DNA of 64,000 bases, taken from contig JAQCIU010000001.1 in assembly GCA_027593235.1 (NCBI GenBank), positions 96,001 through 160,000 on the forward strand, given 5' to 3'. Position numbers and translations under genes: made by a program. The notes under the pieces were generated by a model. That model worked only from the letters and a program-made list of their open reading frames with translations. It was not told the DNA's origin and searched no databases. The stretch is from Chloroflexota bacterium. Its GTDB lineage: Bacteria > Chloroflexota > Dehalococcoidia > UBA2979. This document shows, piece by piece, positions 59,265-64,000 of the stretch; positions within the stretch are counted from its first letter, which is position 1; each line of letters begins with the position of its first letter.

Positions 59265-60752
59265 ATGTTCGATCACGAGCGCGCGCTCCTCGCGATTGAC
59301 CTCGGCACGACGCGGGTCAAGGTCGCCGCGTTCTCCGAGGATGGGCGGCTGCTGGGCCGCGAGGCGGCGCGCAACCGCGAGCACCGGCTGCGCGAGGGCG
59401 ACAGCGACCGCGCCTGGCAGGATCCGGACGAGTGGTGGAGTGACGCCGTCGCGCTGACCCGCCGCCTGCTCGCGCGCCCGGAACTGGACGGGTTGGAGAT
59501 CGCGGGCATCGGCCTGTCGGCACGCGCCAACGGCTTCGCCGCGATCGACGCGGACGGCACGGTGCTCGCACCATCGTGGTCGGACGGGCGGCATCTCGAT
59601 CAGATTCGCCTGCTGCACGAATGGCGTGCCAGCGGCTATCACCTCTCGAACTACGCCGCCGGCCTGATCGCGCGCTGGCGCTGGCTGGAGCAGAACGAGC
59701 CGGCGGTCGCCGAGCGCACCACCCGGCTGCTCTACGCCAAGGACTTCCTCGTCTACCGGCTGACCGGCGAGGCGGTGACCGACCCGACCTCCGGCCCGGA
59801 TCGCGAGGACTTCGATCCGCGTTCGATCGCCGGGTTGGGGCTGCCGCGCGATCTGCTGCCGCGGGTGGCGATGCCGTGGACGCTCGCCGGCGCGCTGACC
59901 AGCGAGGCCGCGATCGCCCTCGGGCTTCCCGTCGGGACGCCGGTGTCGGTTGGCGGGCACGACGGAATCTGCGCCAACGTCGGCGCGGCGGCGGGCACCG
60001 TGGGCGCGTATGCGATCACCATCGGCACGCACGCCGTGGTGCGCGCCGTGACGGCGGATCTCGTGCCGGACGGATACCGCTTCTACGGGCTGCCGCCTGA
60101 TCGCCACATCTACGGCGGCAACGCGGTGATGGCAGGGCGCGCGGCGGACTGGTTCCTCGATACCTGGCTCGGGAACCCGGACGACGCCGGCCGCGAGGAC
60201 GCCTTCGCGGCGATGGACGCGGCCGCGATGGGCGTTCCGCCCGGTTCCGAGGGAGTGCGCTTCCTCCCCTTCCTCGCCGGGCAGGTCGCACCGGAGCTGC
60301 GCCCGGGCGCCAGCGGCGCCTTCATTGGCCTCCACGGATCGCACGGCCGCGCCGAGATGTTCCGCGCGGTCCTGGAAGGCGGCGCGTTCGCGATTCGCGC
60401 GATCTTCGAGCAGGTCCTCGAATGGGGCGGCGAGCCCTCGGTGGTGCGGTTCACGGGGAGCGGCGCGACCAGCCCGCTCTGGCCGCAGATCATCGTGGAC
60501 ACGCTGCGGCACCCGGTCGAAGCGACCGATGGCGCGGTCGAGGCCCGCGGCGCGGCGATGTATGCGGCGGTCGCCCTCGAGATGTACGCCGACATCGATG
60601 AGGCGGCGCAGGCGATGGTGCAGGTGTCGCGCGTGGTCACGCCCGACACCGCGCGCGCCGATCGCTATGACGCGCTCTACGGCGACTGGCAGCAGGTGAA
60701 CGAGGCGCTGCGCCCGCTCGATCAGCGTGAGCGGATGACGGGGCACCTCTAG
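59265..60752 (+). CDS. FGGY carbohydrate kinase (xylulokinase-like)
   Basis: IDLGTT.VK, GGHD, IGT, RAVLEG. Confidence 0.88.
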   Translation: MFDHERALLAIDLGTTRVKVAAFSEDGRLLGREAARNREHRLREGDSDRAWQDPDEWWSDAVALTRRLLARPELDGLEIAGIGLSARANGFAAIDADGTVLAPSWSDGRHLDQIRLLHEWRASGYHLSNYAAGLIARWRWLEQNEPAVAERTTRLLYAKDFLVYRLTGEAVTDPTSGPDREDFDPRSIAGLGLPRDLLPRVAMPWTLAGALTSEAAIALGLPVGTPVSVGGHDGICANVGAAAGTVGAYAITIGTHAVVRAVTADLVPDGYRFYGLPPDRHIYGGNAVMAGRAADWFLDTWLGNPDDAGREDAFAAMDAAAMGVPPGSEGVRFLPFLAGQVAPELRPGASGAFIGLHGSHGRAEMFRAVLEGGAFAIRAIFEQVLEWGGEPSVVRFTGSGATSPLWPQIIVDTLRHPVEATDGAVEARGAAMYAAVALEMYADIDEAAQAMVQVSRVVTPDTARADRYDALYGDWQQVNEALRPLDQRERMTGHL

Positions 60753-60788
60753 GCGAGCCGCACGCTCGAGGGAAGGACGACTTCAGAC

Positions 60789-61415
60789 ATGTCGATCGAG
60801 TTCCTGCTGACCTCGTTGATCGTCGTCGTGATCCCCGGGACCGGCGTGCTGTACACCGTGTCGAGTGCCCTCGGTGGTGGCCTGCGCGTCGGCCTCTTCG
60901 CCGCAGTCGGTTGCACGCTCGGCATCGTGCCGCACCTGCTGGCGGCGATGCTCGGGCTCTCCGGGATCATGCAAGCGGGCGCCGCCGCCTTCGAGGTGCT
61001 GCGCTACGCCGGCGTCGCCTACCTGATCTACATGGGCATCTCGATGATCCGCGACCGCGGTGCATTCCAGTTCGACGGTCAGCCCGCTGACCGCGAGCGC
61101 GCACGCGGACCGATGCTCGCCGTGGTCCGGCGCGGGATTCTGCTCAACGTGCTCAACCCGAAGCTGACGATCTTCTTTTTCGCCTTCTTGCCGCAGTTCC
61201 TCGATCGCTCGGCCGGCCCGCTCGATCCGCGGCTGGTCGGTCTCGCAGGGGTGTTCATGGCGATGACGCTGGCGGTCTTCGCCGGGTACGCCTACGCGAG
61301 CGCCGCGGCGCGCGAGTTCGTCCTCGGCGCTCCCGCCGTTCGACGGTGGATCCAACGCTCACTCGGCGCGCTGCTGATCGGCTTCGCGGCAAAGCTTGCA
61401 ACCACGGATCGGTAG
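60789..61415 (+). CDS. LysE-family translocator
   Basis: PGTG, LNPK..FF.AFLPQF. Confidence 0.9.
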   Translation: MSIEFLLTSLIVVVIPGTGVLYTVSSALGGGLRVGLFAAVGCTLGIVPHLLAAMLGLSGIMQAGAAAFEVLRYAGVAYLIYMGISMIRDRGAFQFDGQPADRERARGPMLAVVRRGILLNVLNPKLTIFFFAFLPQFLDRSAGPLDPRLVGLAGVFMAMTLAVFAGYAYASAAAREFVLGAPAVRRWIQRSLGALLIGFAAKLATTDR

Positions 61416-61424
61416 GACGCTCCG

Positions 61425-62570
61425 ATGACCACCACACTGATCGAGGGCGGCACGCTGATCGACGTCGCCACCGGCACGAGCGCCCTCGGTGACGTGCTGA
61501 TCCGCGACGGCGTGGTCGTCGGCCTCGGCGCGGTCGATGCCACCGCGGTGGACACGCGCTTCGATGCCGGCGGGATGTACGTGTCGCCCGGCTGGATCGA
61601 TGGCCACAGCCGCGGCTGGAGCGGCAACCGCACGCGAGAGCAGAACCTGCGCGCCGACCAGTTCGGCGTGGATCAGGGCGTGGTCGCGATCGTCGAAGCC
61701 GGATCGATGGGTGCGCCGACCGCCGACGAGTTCCCCGCCGGAATGATCGAGGGCGCGTCGACGAAGGTGTTCGGCGCGATCAACATCGGATCCAGCGGCG
61801 CGCCGGGCCTCGAGGGCGGCCACTCATCGAGGTGGGAGTACGTTTCGCTGGAGCAGACCGTCGCCGCGGTGGAGCTCCACCGCGACTGGATGCGCGGCAT
61901 CAAGGTGCAGGCGTCCTCATCGCACACCGGCCTGCTCGGCCTCGAAGCGGTGAAGATCGCGCGCAAGGCGGCGGAGCTGACCGGGCTGCCGCTGATGGCG
62001 CACATCGGCAACGCACCCCCGCTGCTGGAGGACGTGCTCGCGCTGCTGCGCCGCGGCGACATCGTCACGCACACGTACCACGGCAAAGTCGGCGGCATCC
62101 TCGAGCGTGACGGGACGCCGATCCGCGCCTTCCTCGAAGCCGTCGAGCGCGGTGTGATCGTGGCGACGAGCCACGGGCGAGCGTCGTACTCGTTCGCGGT
62201 GGCGGAGCGCGCGGTGAAGGAACTGGGCCTGCCGCTGGACATCATCTCCACCGACATGCACCCCGGGAACATCGAGCACTACTCGCGCTCGATCGCCCAC
62301 AACCTGACCAAGGCGCTGATGCTCGGCCTCTCGATTGAGCAGGTCGTCCAGGCCGTCACCATCAACCCCGCGCGCGCCTGGCGCCTCGATGCCGATGGCC
62401 TCGGCAGCCTCGCCGTCGGCCGGCCGGCGCATGTCACCGTCTTCCGCGTCAACGACGAACCACTCGAGGTGACGGACACCCTCGACGAGGTGCGCACCGC
62501 GCCGCGCTGGGTAGAACCGGTCGCCGCCTGGGTCGACGGCCGCCGCTTCGATCGCACGGCGCCGATCTAG
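61425..62570 (+). CDS. Amidohydrolase/deacetylase (dihydroorotase-like)
   Basis: PGWID, MAHIG, GDIVTH, ISTD; HxH motif altered to GHSR. Confidence 0.75.
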   Translation: MTTTLIEGGTLIDVATGTSALGDVLIRDGVVVGLGAVDATAVDTRFDAGGMYVSPGWIDGHSRGWSGNRTREQNLRADQFGVDQGVVAIVEAGSMGAPTADEFPAGMIEGASTKVFGAINIGSSGAPGLEGGHSSRWEYVSLEQTVAAVELHRDWMRGIKVQASSSHTGLLGLEAVKIARKAAELTGLPLMAHIGNAPPLLEDVLALLRRGDIVTHTYHGKVGGILERDGTPIRAFLEAVERGVIVATSHGRASYSFAVAERAVKELGLPLDIISTDMHPGNIEHYSRSIAHNLTKALMLGLSIEQVVQAVTINPARAWRLDADGLGSLAVGRPAHVTVFRVNDEPLEVTDTLDEVRTAPRWVEPVAAWVDGRRFDRTAPI

Positions 62571-62778
62571 GGGTCGCCGGCGGCGCTCCGCCCTCGAGGC
62601 GCGTGCCCCGATCCGATCACGGACGATCTACACTCCGCTCGCTCCGCGCATCGAGCGGACCGTCCTCGTTCCCGTCGCGCTCGTGCGTTGCACCCGACGA
62701 TCTCCGGCCTCTGGTCACCGCCGCCGGTCGTCGTGATCGAGGTGACCGAGCGTCGCAATCCTCGGAGGGAGGTGCGTC

Positions 62779-63888
62779 ATGCCAGATCCCAGCCTCGCCG
62801 AACGGCTCGATCAGCTCAAAGAAGCGGTCGACGCCATCAAGGAGGCCCAGGAGGCTGCCGAGGGCGTCGAGGACATTGCCGACCAACTCGACGAGTTGAC
62901 ACGCCGGATCGACGAGGCGCGCGACGATCCCGACGCGCTCGATGCGGATACCTACGCCGACCTCGCGCTCGACCTGATGCTGGTGATTCCGAACAACCTG
63001 CCGCTTCCGGACGCCGCGAAGAAAGCGATCGAAGCGGTGGCAAGTGCGATTGCCGCCTTTATCCAGGGCGCGACGGGGCTCGCACTCTCGCTGCTCGCGC
63101 GGCGGTTCCGCGATCACCTCAAGGCGGGGATGACGCCGGAAGAGGCAGCGCGGGCAGCGACGAACACGAAGGCTGAACGCAGCTGGCTGCTCACGCAGTT
63201 CCGCCTCGGCAAGGTGACGGCAGCCGGCGATACCCGCGAGGTCAAGACCCCCACGGAATGGCTATGGGAGAAGTTCAAGGGCATCCTTTCCGCCCTTACC
63301 GGCGGGCTGCTGATGGATCGGTCGCCGTTGCTGGTCGGCGCGGTGTTGGTGTTCCTGGTGGCGCTCGTCACATTCCTCCTCATCGGGCCATTCGGGTTAC
63401 TCGGCGGCGGTGGCGGCGACGTGCCAGCGGACGCCACCGAAGTGCCCACGGCCGCGCCGACCGAGAGCCCTGCGGCGACCGCGGCGACGAGCGAATCGCC
63501 TTCGCCGACGCCGACCGCGGCGCCAACGGAAGCAATCGCGAACCAGATGCCAGTAATCGCCGGCATCCAGGTCACGCTGCGGGTCCCGGTGACGACCTAC
63601 CTCGTCAACGTGTCCGATCCGGACGGCGACGCCCTGAGCTTCAACTGGGGAATCGCCGGGGAGAACTGCGGCACCCCACGATCACCGCTGATCCAACCGG
63701 GCTCGTCCGCGTCGTTCTCATGGAGTCACAGCACGGATGCGCCCGACTCGTGTAAACACGCGTCGACCGATCACGCGGTGACCGTCTCCGTCGATGTCAT
63801 CGAAGCCGGGGTGCCTCGGTGGTCGTGCATCATCGAGGGCACCGAAACGCAGACGCTGACCGCGTCCGCCTGCGAGCCGATCCGCTGA
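62779..63888 (+). CDS. Single-pass membrane protein with C-terminal Ig-like domain
   Basis: GGAGG RBS; helical N-terminus, TM, PT linker, NQMP..SDPDGDALSF.W. Confidence 0.7.
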   Translation: MPDPSLAERLDQLKEAVDAIKEAQEAAEGVEDIADQLDELTRRIDEARDDPDALDADTYADLALDLMLVIPNNLPLPDAAKKAIEAVASAIAAFIQGATGLALSLLARRFRDHLKAGMTPEEAARAATNTKAERSWLLTQFRLGKVTAAGDTREVKTPTEWLWEKFKGILSALTGGLLMDRSPLLVGAVLVFLVALVTFLLIGPFGLLGGGGGDVPADATEVPTAAPTESPAATAATSESPSPTPTAAPTEAIANQMPVIAGIQVTLRVPVTTYLVNVSDPDGDALSFNWGIAGENCGTPRSPLIQPGSSASFSWSHSTDAPDSCKHASTDHAVTVSVDVIEAGVPRWSCIIEGTETQTLTASACEPIR

Positions 63889-64000
63889 GTACCGACCGCG
63901 CTCGAGCTGAGCGCGCCGCCGCAGCGGGCGGCACACTGGCAAGTGCATCGCACGGGGCGCTCCGCGTGAGAGGCCGAGGATGACCAACATCTACGAACGG

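Noticed and set aside
1-64000. CRISPR array, cas genes, rRNA, tRNA, prophage
   Set aside because: No regularly spaced repeat-spacer array or recognisable motifs seen by eye
63980-64000. Start of a further CDS (MTNIYER, reminiscent of SelA-like PLP proteins)
   Set aside because: Only seven codons visible

Overview
High-GC bacterial chromosomal window with dense coding on both strands. The gene mix (many 'ACG...PTATP' lipoproteins, LLM oxidoreductase, CoA-transferase, double-hotdog proteins) suggests Chloroflexota/Dehalococcoidia; this is inference only. Most genes are ordinary metabolic or transport genes: argE-like, ECF42 sigma with YciI, a TPP-riboswitch thiXYZ-type operon, M1 peptidase, tcuA-like, LOG, macrodomain, stand-alone rpsN, DAHP synthase, gpmA, SCO-PCuAC-CtaG, FGGY kinase. 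Four things stand out. (1) An apparently intact IS110 element (~43520-44983). Its left end shows a readable bridge-RNA architecture with guides matching its own junctions, and circularisation would form a TTGACA-17-TACCTT promoter. (2) A SipW/TasA-like surface-fibre locus (37527-40218) behind a ~500-nt hairpin-rich leader that ends in a c-di-GMP-I-like fold; the signal-peptidase domain appears deleted. (3) A PadR cassette between ~110-bp direct repeats, with tandem operators. (4) Several broken genes: three in-frame TAG codons and four frameshifts. No rRNA, tRNA or CRISPR array was recognised. All family calls come from motif recognition by eye, with no database searches.
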